DNA of 54,643 nucleotides, taken from contig JAZNYT010000069.1 of NCBI GenBank assembly GCA_045594565.1, positions 1-54,643 of the forward strand, written 5' to 3'. Positions 9,985 through 18,742 of the stretch are shown piece by piece. Made by a program: the position numbers and the translations under genes. This DNA comes from Eubacteriales bacterium. GTDB lineage: Bacteria; Bacillota; Clostridia; Oscillospirales; SIG627. Position 1 is the first letter of the stretch; the number at the start of each line of letters is the position of its first letter. The notes under the pieces are model-generated. The model did no database searches and was not told where the DNA came from. It saw nothing but the letters and a program-made list of their open reading frames with translations.

Positions 9985-10815
9985 ATGGAACGTATACACT
10001 ACGAAAGGCACGACCTTGCTTTAAAGGAGCTTCCCTTTATATTTAATAAATCGGTTTGTCAGGCGAAAGCCTTTTTCCCTGCTCATATGTATGCCAACTG
10101 GCACGAAAACATAGAGATAATTTACGTTACCGAGGGAAAGGGAAAGATAATCTGCGACTTTACTGAATTTGACGTGGAAAAGGGCGATGTGTTTGTAATA
10201 AACTCCGACGTTCTTCACGGCTTCAGTATGGCAGATGACGAGGAGGCTTTTGAGTACTACTATATGATAGTAGGCAGAGATTTCTGTGCTTCAAACGGAA
10301 TTGATACCGATGAGGTACGCTTTTTTGAAAAAATAAAAGACGTGGAAACCGCAGAAAAGTATGAAAAGATAGCTGAAGTCTTTGAAATGAATAGTGAATA
10401 CAAGGGACTTATGATAAGGGCGGCGGTGCTGGAGCTTCTTTTCGACCTTGCAACCAAATATATAAAGATGCAACCCGAAAAGAGCGATAAAAAGCCTCTT
10501 AATCTCGAAAACGTACGTTCTGCTATTATTTATATCAGAGAAAATCTTTCAAAGAAGATTACCATAAAGGATCTGGCGCTTCACTCGGGAATAAGCGAAT
10601 ACTACTTTATAAGAGAATTCAAGCGTATAACCCGATATACACCCGTAACGTATATAAATATGATACGCTGTGATACCGCCAAGAAGCTTCTTTCGGAGGG
10701 TGAATACAACGTGGGTGAGGTTGCCGATATGTGTGGCTTTGATAATATGCCCTATTTCACCAAGACCTTTAAGAAGTATACGGGAGTTCTCCCCTCACAG
10801 GTGAAGAAAAAATAG
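9985..10815 (+). CDS. AraC family transcriptional regulator
   Basis: Cupin N-domain (NWHENIEIIY) and C-terminal double HTH (VADMCGFDNMPYFTKTFKKYTGVLPS). Confidence 0.93.
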   Translation: MERIHYERHDLALKELPFIFNKSVCQAKAFFPAHMYANWHENIEIIYVTEGKGKIICDFTEFDVEKGDVFVINSDVLHGFSMADDEEAFEYYYMIVGRDFCASNGIDTDEVRFFEKIKDVETAEKYEKIAEVFEMNSEYKGLMIRAAVLELLFDLATKYIKMQPEKSDKKPLNLENVRSAIIYIRENLSKKITIKDLALHSGISEYYFIREFKRITRYTPVTYINMIRCDTAKKLLSEGEYNVGEVADMCGFDNMPYFTKTFKKYTGVLPSQVKKK

Positions 10816-10935
10816 CTGAAATTCGAAAATAAGATTTACATATTTAAGTAAAGTGCAAATATAAAAGATAATCTTGCATATTTTAACATTTTGTGCTATA
10901 CTCTTATAAACATCATAAAAAAGAGAGTGGAAAAA

Positions 10936-12249
10936 ATGATTGATATCAATTTTTTAAAGGCAAATCCCGATGCAGTAAAAGAGAATATTAAAAAGAAATT
11001 TCAGGACCACAAGCTTCCCCTTGTAGATGAGGTTCTTGAGCTTGACGCTTCCCGCCGTGAGACTATCGGTGCGGTAGAGGCTCTTAAGGCTACAAGAAAC
11101 AAAATGTCCAAGGAAAACGGAATGCTCTTCGGAAAGCTCAAGAAGACCGAGGATACTGCTGAAAAGGCTGAAATTGAAAAGCAGATAGAGAAGAATAACG
11201 AGGCGGTAAAGTCAGCCGCTGACGAAACCGCAGCTCTTGAAGAAAAGCTTCAGGGAATTGAGGCGAGAATCCGTGAGATAATGCTCTCTATCCCCAATAT
11301 AATTGCAGACGACGTTCCCATCGGACCCGATGACAGCCACAACGTTGAAATTGAACGCTTTGGTGAAGCGGTTGTTCCAGAATTTGAGGTGCCTTATCAT
11401 ACAGATATTATGGCAAGGTTCAATGGTATTGACCTTGAAGCGGCAGGACGAGTTGCAGGAAACGGCTTCTATTACCTTATGGGTGATATTGCAAGACTTC
11501 ATTCCTCTATTCTTTCCTATGCCCGCGACTTTATGATAGACCGTGGATTTACCTACTGTATTCCTCCTTATATGATAAGAAGCAATATTGTTGACGGCGT
11601 TATGTCCTTTGCCGAAATGGATGCCATGATGTATAAGATTGAGGGAGAAGACCTCTTCCTCATCGGTACAAGCGAGCACTCTATGATAGGTAAATTCGTT
11701 GACCAGATTATCCCCGAGGAAAATCTTCCTCAGGCACTTACCAGCTTTTCTCCCTGCTTCCGTAAGGAGAAGGGCGCTCACGGTATAGAGGAGCGTGGTG
11801 TCTACAGAATTCACCAGTTTGAAAAACAGGAAATGATAGTTATCTGTCAGCCTGAAGAGAGCGAAAAGTGGTATGACATACTCTGGAAGAACACAGTAGA
11901 CTTCTTCCGTACTCTCGATATTCCCGTAAGAACACTCGGATGTTGCTCGGGTGACCTCGCTGACCTTAAGGTAAAGAGCCTTGACGTTGAAGCTTGGAGC
12001 CCCAGACAGAAGAAGTACTTTGAGGTAGGAAGCTGTTCTAACCTCGGTGATGCACAGGCGAGAAGACTGAAAATCAGAGTAAACGGCAAGGACGGAAAGA
12101 AGTACTTTGCACATACTCTTAACAACACCGTTGTTGCACCTCCCAGAATGCTTATAGCATTCCTTGAAAACAATCTTCGCGCCGACGGAAGCATTGCTAT
12201 TCCCGAAGCACACAGACCTTATATGGGTGGCAAGAGTGAGATTAAATAG
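10936..12249 (+). CDS. serS: Serine-tRNA ligase
   Basis: N-terminal coiled coil, LIGTSEH, CFRKEKGAHG..RGVYRIHQFEKQE, EVGSCSN, HTLNNT. Start at ATG 10936. Confidence 0.97.
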   Translation: MIDINFLKANPDAVKENIKKKFQDHKLPLVDEVLELDASRRETIGAVEALKATRNKMSKENGMLFGKLKKTEDTAEKAEIEKQIEKNNEAVKSAADETAALEEKLQGIEARIREIMLSIPNIIADDVPIGPDDSHNVEIERFGEAVVPEFEVPYHTDIMARFNGIDLEAAGRVAGNGFYYLMGDIARLHSSILSYARDFMIDRGFTYCIPPYMIRSNIVDGVMSFAEMDAMMYKIEGEDLFLIGTSEHSMIGKFVDQIIPEENLPQALTSFSPCFRKEKGAHGIEERGVYRIHQFEKQEMIVICQPEESEKWYDILWKNTVDFFRTLDIPVRTLGCCSGDLADLKVKSLDVEAWSPRQKKYFEVGSCSNLGDAQARRLKIRVNGKDGKKYFAHTLNNTVVAPPRMLIAFLENNLRADGSIAIPEAHRPYMGGKSEIK

Positions 12250-12280
12250 AAAAAAGAGTGTCGAAAGACACTCTTTTTTT
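12250..12280 (+). terminator. Rho-independent terminator of serS
   Basis: AAAAAAGAGTGTC-GAAA-GACACTCTTTTTTT. Confidence 0.85.
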
Positions 12281-12283
12281 ATT

Positions 12284-12552
12284 TAATAATGAATAATGAA
12301 TATTGAAGATTTAATAATTTAGGATAATTTCCTTCGGAAATTTTCAATTAAATAATATTCAATAGAGGAGGATTTTCAAAAATCCCCCTCTCTTTTACTC
12401 TCCCCAAAACTATAAAAATCACTAAAGTTTTCGTGGGGGCATAAGGGGGAATTCTTTTATGAAAAGCATTCCATCTTAATATAATAAATTTAATTTTGCC
12501 TTGGGCAAAATTTTCCTTAATTATTCAATATTCATTCTTCAATATTCATTAA
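12284..12552. repeat. 7-mer-arm element, copy A (carries a REP-like insert)
   Basis: Left arm of (GAATAAT/GAATATT/GAAGATT)n plus hairpin AATTTCCTTCGGAAATT; right hairpin AATTTTGCCTTGGGCAAAATT plus inverted 7-mers. Both ends match the reverse complement of 53692-54232. Confidence 0.85.
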
Positions 12553-12581
12553 AAAAGTATGTGCCGAGCACATACTTTTTT
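12551..12581 (-). terminator. Rho-independent terminator of the AEC transporter gene
   Basis: AAAAAAGTATGTGC-CGA-GCACATACTTTTTT (bidirectional shape). Confidence 0.8.
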
Positions 12582-13536
12582 ATGCTATAAATAAGAGATA
12601 CATCAGCGGGATGGTAATTACCGACAGAGTATGGGAAATCATTGCCATTGCCGCACCGGGTTTTGTGTCTGTACCGAAAGCGGCGGGATAGACAATAGTG
12701 TTGAGTCCGAGAGGCGTTGCAAAGCCGATAAGGGCAAAGAGCGTACATTCAAGAGGAGCGTTTATTGCTTTCATAAGAAGCGTTATCGCCACGGGAATCA
12801 CAATAAGACGGAGGAAGGTTGCGGCATACACCTTCTTGTCCGAAAGAAGACTCTTTATTTCATATCCACCCACAACGAAGCCTGCAAGAATCATAGCAAC
12901 GGGTCCCATACAGTCGCCTGCCGAGTCCAGTGCCTTGGAGAGAAAGTCGGGCATATACTTACCTACTCCCAAAAGACCGAATATTACACCGAAAATCATT
13001 CCCAGCATCGGAGGATTGAGAATTCTTTTAACTGTTGCCTTAAATCCCTGTCCCTCCTTGGGGATAAGCTGAGGAATACCCCATCCGTAGCAGAATACCG
13101 ACAAAGGAAAGGTGAACATGGTGTATTTGAAAAGCGCTTCGCTACCCCATACACCGAGGACGAGGAAGTTTCCCATAAATCCGAAGTTTCCGAAAGCCAT
13201 ACCGTAACGGTATATCTTACGAAGGTATTCTTTGTGCTTGTCACCTTCTGTTTTTCTTACGAAAAGCATAGAGAGGGGATAGGAAATACCCACAGCCAGA
13301 AGTATGAGAATAAGGCTATAGAGCATAAAAACCGAGTATTTTTTAAAATTGTCCACAGTACAGTTTGCAATCTGCGTTGCAAGAACCAAGGCGGGAGAGA
13401 AAACGTAGGTTTCAAGCCTCGACATAGTTGTTCCCGAGCTTTCGGGGAGTATTTTTGATTTTCGTAGTACAAAGCCCGTGAGTATAAGAGTAAACATCAT
13501 GAGCATTTGATTCAGCGTTAAATTAAAAACGTACAT
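12580..13536 (-). CDS. AEC (auxin efflux carrier/malate permease) family transporter
   Basis: About 10 TM segments; FGNFGFMG, LNPPM, PVAMILAG, LRLIVIP, SHTLSVITIP. Confidence 0.9.
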   Translation of the reverse strand: MYVFNLTLNQMLMMFTLILTGFVLRKSKILPESSGTTMSRLETYVFSPALVLATQIANCTVDNFKKYSVFMLYSLILILLAVGISYPLSMLFVRKTEGDKHKEYLRKIYRYGMAFGNFGFMGNFLVLGVWGSEALFKYTMFTFPLSVFCYGWGIPQLIPKEGQGFKATVKRILNPPMLGMIFGVIFGLLGVGKYMPDFLSKALDSAGDCMGPVAMILAGFVVGGYEIKSLLSDKKVYAATFLRLIVIPVAITLLMKAINAPLECTLFALIGFATPLGLNTIVYPAAFGTDTKPGAAMAMISHTLSVITIPLMYLLFIA

Positions 13537-13548
13537 AAGGAGCCTCGC

Positions 13549-14535
13549 TTACTTTAAGTCTTCAAGGTCGTAGCCTTGAGACCAGGCAAGGTTTCCTTTT
13601 TCGTCGCGGAAAACAAGTCTGAAATATCCGTCGGTGTCTTTTATATCAAAGCTTCCCTCGGTAATACCTTCACCGTTTATTGCGTTTCTTCTTCTGCCCT
13701 CTGTCATAAGGGATACCTTAACGCAGTCGGAGCATTCAAAGAATACCTTTCCGTCCTCAAATACAAGACTCTTTATTTCGGGTCCTGTCGAGGAATAGAA
13801 ATAGCCAAAGCGTAAAGCATTGAAAATAGTATCATAGTCAAGCTTTTCTGCGTTTATCACAGTAAATCCGCCACAAGTATCGTCACTTCCGTGGTTGTCA
13901 TCGGCGGCGGTACAGAAAACGCTCTTTCCCGCTCTCATCATTTCTTCAAATACGTGCTCGTCACCCCGTCCGCCGTGTGCCACTACCGAGTGGTTGTAAA
14001 TTTCAACCGCCCAAACACTCTCAAGCCCGATATAATCCTTTTCGGTTTCAAGTGACCAAGAGGGATGATTGAAGGAAACAAGGAAGCCACGCTTATTCGC
14101 TTCTCTTATTATCTTGTTGATGCCTCTTCTTGTATGTACTCTCTTGAACTCCTTATCGAACTTTATAAGATGGCGGTTTTTGTCATTCACGTAGTGGTCG
14201 TAGATAGAAGAATAACAGGGAGTCACCGTGTCGTGGGGGTCGGGTGAATATACGTTCAGGTGGCAAACCTTCATTTTAAGGTTTTTGAGGGTAGACTGCT
14301 TTGGAAATTCCTTTATGGCAAGCTCGGCAGAGGTGATGGCGAGGAAGCTCTCGTCATTCAAGTCCGAGTTATCGATAAGATGCTCATGGTCGGTAAAGGC
14401 AACTACCGAATATCCGTTATTCTTATAAAGCTCCTTCACTTCTTCACGTGTCATTTCACCGTCCGAAAGAGTGGTATGACAGTGAAGATTTGCTTTATAG
14501 AAGCTTAAGTCTTTATCAATAAGTACGTGTTTCAT
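13549..14535 (-). CDS. PHP-domain metallohydrolase
   Basis: YKANLHCHTTLSDG, AFTDHE, NHPSWS, EIYN, AADDNH, YSSTGPEI. Start placed at ATG 14535 (AGAGGA upstream). Confidence 0.85.
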   Translation of the reverse strand: MKHVLIDKDLSFYKANLHCHTTLSDGEMTREEVKELYKNNGYSVVAFTDHEHLIDNSDLNDESFLAITSAELAIKEFPKQSTLKNLKMKVCHLNVYSPDPHDTVTPCYSSIYDHYVNDKNRHLIKFDKEFKRVHTRRGINKIIREANKRGFLVSFNHPSWSLETEKDYIGLESVWAVEIYNHSVVAHGGRGDEHVFEEMMRAGKSVFCTAADDNHGSDDTCGGFTVINAEKLDYDTIFNALRFGYFYSSTGPEIKSLVFEDGKVFFECSDCVKVSLMTEGRRRNAINGEGITEGSFDIKDTDGYFRLVFRDEKGNLAWSQGYDLEDLK

Positions 14536-14609
14536 ATATTTTCCTCTTTTCTTAATCTCTCTATATTCTACCACTAATTATAAAAAAATCAAGAGTTTGT
14601 TCTACAATA

Positions 14610-14646
14610 AAATTCGGCAAGATGTGTTTTTCATCTTGCCGAATTT
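14610..14646. terminator. Hairpin/terminator after the zinc-ribbon gene
   Basis: AAATTCGGCAAGATG-7 nt-CATCTTGCCGAATTT, a perfect 15-bp stem. Confidence 0.7.
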
Positions 14647-14664
14647 CTTGTAGCTATATATTGG

Positions 14665-15069
14665 TCAAACAGCAGTTACTGATATCTTACCAAACATATT
14701 CATCGAAACACTAAAGGTCATATCTCCATCGCTTTCTTTAATGAAAATAACCTCGCTTGAATAACTGTTTTTGTTCCCTTGTCCTACCGTTAAGCCCCCT
14801 TTACCAACCGCATGAGATGTAGCGCGAATCTGGAGACGGTGAGAACCTGAGGGTATGGGGAAAGTTTTTGTTTCTCCTAATCGAACGATTGCATACTCAC
14901 CACCATCAACAAGAACACTCATGGGATCGGTTCCAAAAACCCCTTTTCTTTTAATTGTTATCATTCTTTCTGCTTTATTATTAGCAGAAAGTCCTTGTTG
15001 GGCACCGCATTTCTCGCAAAAATTTACTCCTTCATTTAATTTGAATCCACAATTTTGACAAAAAGCCAT
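14665..15069 (-). CDS. Zinc-ribbon domain protein
   Basis: FCQNCG...FCEKCG double CxxC followed by a small beta-rich domain; AAGGAGG RBS. Confidence 0.8.
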   Translation of the reverse strand: MAFCQNCGFKLNEGVNFCEKCGAQQGLSANNKAERMITIKRKGVFGTDPMSVLVDGGEYAIVRLGETKTFPIPSGSHRLQIRATSHAVGKGGLTVGQGNKNSYSSEVIFIKESDGDMTFSVSMNMFGKISVTAV

Positions 15070-15084
15070 TTCAATTCCTCCTTA

Positions 15085-15125
15085 TATACCATATTGGGAT
15101 ATTTTTATTATACCATTATGGGATA
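15085..15125. promoter_or_regulatory. Tandem palindromic operator pair between divergent genes
   Basis: TATACCATATTGGGATA (15085-15101) and TATACCATTATGGGATA (15109-15125), 24 bp apart. Confidence 0.65.
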
Positions 15126-15146
15126 ATAATGTCAAGAGGTGATTTT

Positions 15147-15365
15147 ATGAGATTGAAAGAAATTAGAAAATCAAGGGGTATATCTCAACAAAAATTGGCT
15201 ATAGATTTGAACACTAATCAAAATACTATAAGCAGATATGAAACAGGAGAAAGAGAGCCGGGAATAAATGAGCTTATAAAAATCGCTGATTACTTTGGTG
15301 TTTCTGTTGATTATCTTTTAGAAAGAAGTGACGAGATAACAATAAATAAGCCAAAAGGGAAGTAG
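15147..15365 (+). CDS. XRE-family HTH regulator
   Basis: RLKEIRKSRGISQQKLA...ISRYETGEREP...IADYFGVSVDYLL; GAGGTG RBS before ATG 15147. Confidence 0.9.
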   Translation: MRLKEIRKSRGISQQKLAIDLNTNQNTISRYETGEREPGINELIKIADYFGVSVDYLLERSDEITINKPKGK

Positions 15366-15423
15366 CCTTCTGCATTTATATAAAACCCACCCGCCATTAC
15401 GGGTGGATATTTATTTTTATTCT

Positions 15424-15600
15424 CGATATGCCGTCACTTTGCTTTGCTCGATATATTCACCTTCGGCGAATTCGATATAACCTCCCTTTCGGTCGGTTGC
15501 GATATGATATTCGCCTGTTTTTTCTCGTGCGAAGCACATATCGCGTCCGAAAGGACATATCGAGCATGAAGTGCATATTGATTGCCAAAGGCAAATATCG
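15424..15600. repeat. CGATAT/ATATCG hairpin array
   Basis: CGATAT at 15424, 15449, 15473, 15500; ATATCG (one ATATTG) at 15538, 15557, 15575, 15595; short hairpins between most units. Confidence 0.8.
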
Positions 15601-15627
15601 CTGCTTTGTGCCTCAAAACGCACAAAG

Positions 15628-17004
15628 CTAGCCCTCTTGACGTTTCTTTTTGAGTATTTCGACGTTTTTTATAACGGTTTTCTTTTTTAAAGGATACCAA
15701 AAGGCGAGTACTATCCCAAGGAGCGTGAATCCTACGGCGGGAAGTCCCGTTGCAATGGAAAATATACCGTCAAGAACCTCAGGGTTAAAGGCGTTTTCCT
15801 CGTTGTAGCCGATAAAGGAGAGGAGTGAACCCACAATTCCTGCGGCAGATGCCTGACCGAGCTTTCTTGCAAAGGAGTAAAGAGCGTATACCGAGCCGTC
15901 CTCTCTTACTCCGTTCTTTATTTCAGAATAGTCAATAACGTCGGTAATAAGCGCCCACGTCACCATGGCGAATATACCGAGGCCGTACCAGGAAACAAGG
16001 TTTATAAGAACGAAGCTCCATACGTTTTCGGGACGCACTATAAATAGAATGAAGGATATTACTGCAGCGAAAAGACTTGCCGCTACACTTATTTCAGCCT
16101 TTCCGAATCGCTCGGAGAGAGGCTTTGCGGTAAGGGCGGCGAATATCATACCAACTACCATTGCTATAGTGGCAACAGTCTGCGCTTCGGGTGCTCCGTA
16201 GTAGTTGGGGTATATATAGTTTGCCATTGATTGCATGGTGAGCTGTGAGAGAAGCATAAGAACAGATGCTACAATGATTGATATAAGAGCTCTGTTGCGT
16301 AAGGCGGAAACAAACATTTTAAAGATGCCCGTTCTGTTTTCCGACGTTTCTGTCTTCACTCTTTCGGTGGTTAAATGATAGCAGAGAAGATAGCATATTA
16401 CCGCAAAAATAGAAAAAGCACCTGCGATGAGGGTAAAACGTTCACCTACCATAATCGTTTTTCCGTCAATCTTTTCGTATGCAATAAGCGGTACTCCTGC
16501 TCCCACTATGAGCCCCGCGAGAGTGCCACCCATTGTTCTGAAGGTGGAAAGGGACTGTCTGTGGGCGGGTTCGGGCGAAATGGCGGAAGCCATTGAGCCA
16601 TAAGGAATGTTTATAGAGGTGTAGAAGACAGAGCCCCATAAAATATATGTGACGAAAAGCCATACCGTCTTGAAAAGAGTGCTTTTATCGGCGAACGCAC
16701 TTTGATAAATGAGAAATGAGGCTATTGCAACGGGCGCAGCCATTCGTCTTATCCAAGGCTTGAACTTCCCTGCAGAAGTAGTTTTGCTTCTGTCACAGAT
16801 GCGCCCCATAATAATATCGGTAAAGGCATCTACGAAACGGGCGCTCATCATAACAAGCCCGACTATATATGCATCAAGTCCCATAACGTCGGTGTAAAAT
16901 TTTAAAAGAAAGGTAGAGGAAACGAGAAAAGTGAAATCGTTTCCAAAATCTCCGAAAAGATAACCAAGCTTGTCCTTTGTTCCGAAGGGCTTTGTGTTTT
17001 TCAT
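15628..17004 (-). CDS. GPH-family (MFS) sugar:cation symporter
   Basis: DKLGYLFGDFGND, RFVDAFTDIIMGRICD, GKFKPWI, NIPYGSM, DVIDYSE..GVREDG. Start placed at ATG 17004. Confidence 0.92.
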   Translation of the reverse strand: MKNTKPFGTKDKLGYLFGDFGNDFTFLVSSTFLLKFYTDVMGLDAYIVGLVMMSARFVDAFTDIIMGRICDRSKTTSAGKFKPWIRRMAAPVAIASFLIYQSAFADKSTLFKTVWLFVTYILWGSVFYTSINIPYGSMASAISPEPAHRQSLSTFRTMGGTLAGLIVGAGVPLIAYEKIDGKTIMVGERFTLIAGAFSIFAVICYLLCYHLTTERVKTETSENRTGIFKMFVSALRNRALISIIVASVLMLLSQLTMQSMANYIYPNYYGAPEAQTVATIAMVVGMIFAALTAKPLSERFGKAEISVAASLFAAVISFILFIVRPENVWSFVLINLVSWYGLGIFAMVTWALITDVIDYSEIKNGVREDGSVYALYSFARKLGQASAAGIVGSLLSFIGYNEENAFNPEVLDGIFSIATGLPAVGFTLLGIVLAFWYPLKKKTVIKNVEILKKKRQEG

Positions 17005-17152
17005 AAATAATATCCCTCGCTTTGATTTTTTATTTAATTTGCCCCAAAAGAGAAAAAAGATACATTTATTTAGAAATAAAGGCAATAATACGGTTGACGA
17101 AATGAAAAAAATACGTATAATAAGTGGTGAAGGAATTATTTGGAGGAAAAAT

Positions 17153-18199
17153 ATGAAATTATCTTTTCGTTGGTATGGCGAGGGCGACCCTGTTACCCTT
17201 CCGTACATCAGACAGATCCCCGGTATGCGTTCAATTGTAAGCGCTATCTATGACGTCGCTCCCGGTGAAGTATGGAGTGAAGAAAGCCTTAAAAAAATGA
17301 AAGAGACCGTCGAGAAAAACGGACTCCTTTTCGATATCGTTGAATCGGTTCCCGTTCACGAGGACATAAAGCTCGGACGCGGTAGGGTAGACGAATACCT
17401 TGAAAATTACTGTGAAAATATAAGACGTTGTGCAAAGTACGGCGTGAAATGTATTACTTATAACTTTATGCCCGTTTTCGACTGGACAAGAACAGAGCTT
17501 GACAGACTTGCGCCCGACGGCTCCACAAGCCTTGTTATGTACTGGGACCAGATGAAAAATCTCAATCCTCTCACCGACGATATACATCTCCCCGGATGGG
17601 ATTCCAGTTACACACAGGAGGAGGTAAGAGAGCTTATTTCCGCTTACGGTGAGCTTGGTGAGGAGGGGCTTTGGAGAAACCTTGAAAAGTTCCTTAAAAA
17701 AGTTATTCCCGTTGCTGAGGAGTGCGATGTCAGAATGGCGATTCATCCCGACGACCCGCCCTATTCTATCTTCGGTATTCCGAGAATTATCACAAATGAG
17801 GAAAACCTCGACAGAATGCTTAAAATCGTTGACTCTCCTGCCAACAGCCTTTGCCTCTGCACAGGCTCACTCGGTTGTGCTAAATCCAATGACGTTGTGA
17901 AGATGGTCGATAAGTATTCTGCGATGGACAGAATTGCATTTATGCATATGAGAAACATTATGATAATGGATGACGGAAGCTTTGAGGAAAGAGCGCACCT
18001 TTCATCCTGCGGAAGCCTTGATATGTACGAAATTACAAAGGTACTTGTGAAGAACGGCTTCGACGGCTACGTTCGTCCCGACCACGGAAGAATGATATGG
18101 GGCGAGACAGGCAAGCCCGGCTACGGACTTTTCGACAGAGCTTTGGGAGCAGCCTATATCAACGGACTCTTTGAAGCATGTGAAAAGGGTAAAGCTTGA
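17153..18199 (+). CDS. uxuA: Mannonate dehydratase
   Basis: MKLSFRWYG, VESVPVHEDIK, YNFMPVFDWTRT, IHPDDPP, RPDHGRMIWGE..PGYGLFDRALG; GGAGG RBS before ATG 17153. Confidence 0.97.
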   Translation: MKLSFRWYGEGDPVTLPYIRQIPGMRSIVSAIYDVAPGEVWSEESLKKMKETVEKNGLLFDIVESVPVHEDIKLGRGRVDEYLENYCENIRRCAKYGVKCITYNFMPVFDWTRTELDRLAPDGSTSLVMYWDQMKNLNPLTDDIHLPGWDSSYTQEEVRELISAYGELGEEGLWRNLEKFLKKVIPVAEECDVRMAIHPDDPPYSIFGIPRIITNEENLDRMLKIVDSPANSLCLCTGSLGCAKSNDVVKMVDKYSAMDRIAFMHMRNIMIMDDGSFEERAHLSSCGSLDMYEITKVLVKNGFDGYVRPDHGRMIWGETGKPGYGLFDRALGAAYINGLFEACEKGKA

Positions 18200-18475
18200 T
18201 ATTTTGGTTAAAACCGAAAATGAAAATTTTCAGTTTTTACTACAAAACACTTTCTAAAGAGAAAGTGCTATCACAACAGAATTAAGTTATATGACTTTAT
18301 AATGTAGAAAGACGAGGATTCACCTCGTCTTTCTTTCATTTATTCCAAATTTCATTTTCTTCGCGTGTTGCTCGGACTGCTGTACAAAGTACAGCGACGC
18401 CTTCGCACTCCGCGATTTTACCTCAAAATCTCTGCGCTTTTTGGTAAAGCTTGACCTTTTGGTTAAAACCGAAAA
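18188..18475. repeat. Direct-repeat-bounded structured element, copy 1
   Basis: 33-bp direct repeats (31/33 identical) at 18188-18220 and 18443-18475; interior colinear with 52698-52957. Confidence 0.85.
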
Positions 18476-18479
18476 CAGT

Positions 18480-18503
18480 AAGAGCACCCGAAAGGGTGCT
18501 TTT
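18480..18503 (+). terminator. Rho-independent terminator
   Basis: AAGAGCACCC-GAAA-GGGTGCTTTT. Confidence 0.75.
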
Positions 18504-18504
18504 A

Positions 18505-18637
18505 TAATGGAAAATTGAAAATTGAAAATGGAAAATTAAGGTGAATTTTGCTTGAAGCAAAATTAAAATTGATTGTGATTTTGGCAAAGCCAAAATGTCC
18601 GAAATTATTCAATTTTTATTCTTCAATATTCATTATT
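18505..18637. repeat. 7-mer-arm element, copy B (empty)
   Basis: (GAAAATT/GAAAATG)n-AAGGTG-AATTTTGCTTGAAGCAAAATT, 13-bp centre, ATTTTGGCAAAGCCAAAAT, then inverted 7-mers (ATTCTTC AATATTC). The left junction is nearly identical to 53727-53752. Confidence 0.8.
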
Positions 18638-18742
18638 TCGCTCTGTGCTTTAGGAGAAGCTTCGATAAACGGGCGAGAGTACAACATAGTTAACAAAAAC
18701 AAAACCGCTTTAGCTATTATAGCCAAAGCGATTTTTAATTTT

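Noticed and set aside
10816-10935. T-box upstream of serS
   Set aside because: The spacer is only ~120 bp, AT-rich, and has no T-box motif or terminator.
15424-15600. CRISPR interpretation of the hairpin arrays (also 42091-42255)
   Set aside because: The constant units are only 6-8 bp, orientation flips mid-array, spacers are self-complementary, and no cas genes are present.
15417-15700. Short ORFs across the CGATAT array
   Set aside because: They are translations of a palindromic repeat array with no protein-like features.
16970-17208. Overlapping N-terminal extensions of uxuA and the symporter in the ORF track
   Set aside because: Family N-termini and RBS positions put the starts at 17153 and 17004; the interval is a divergent promoter region.
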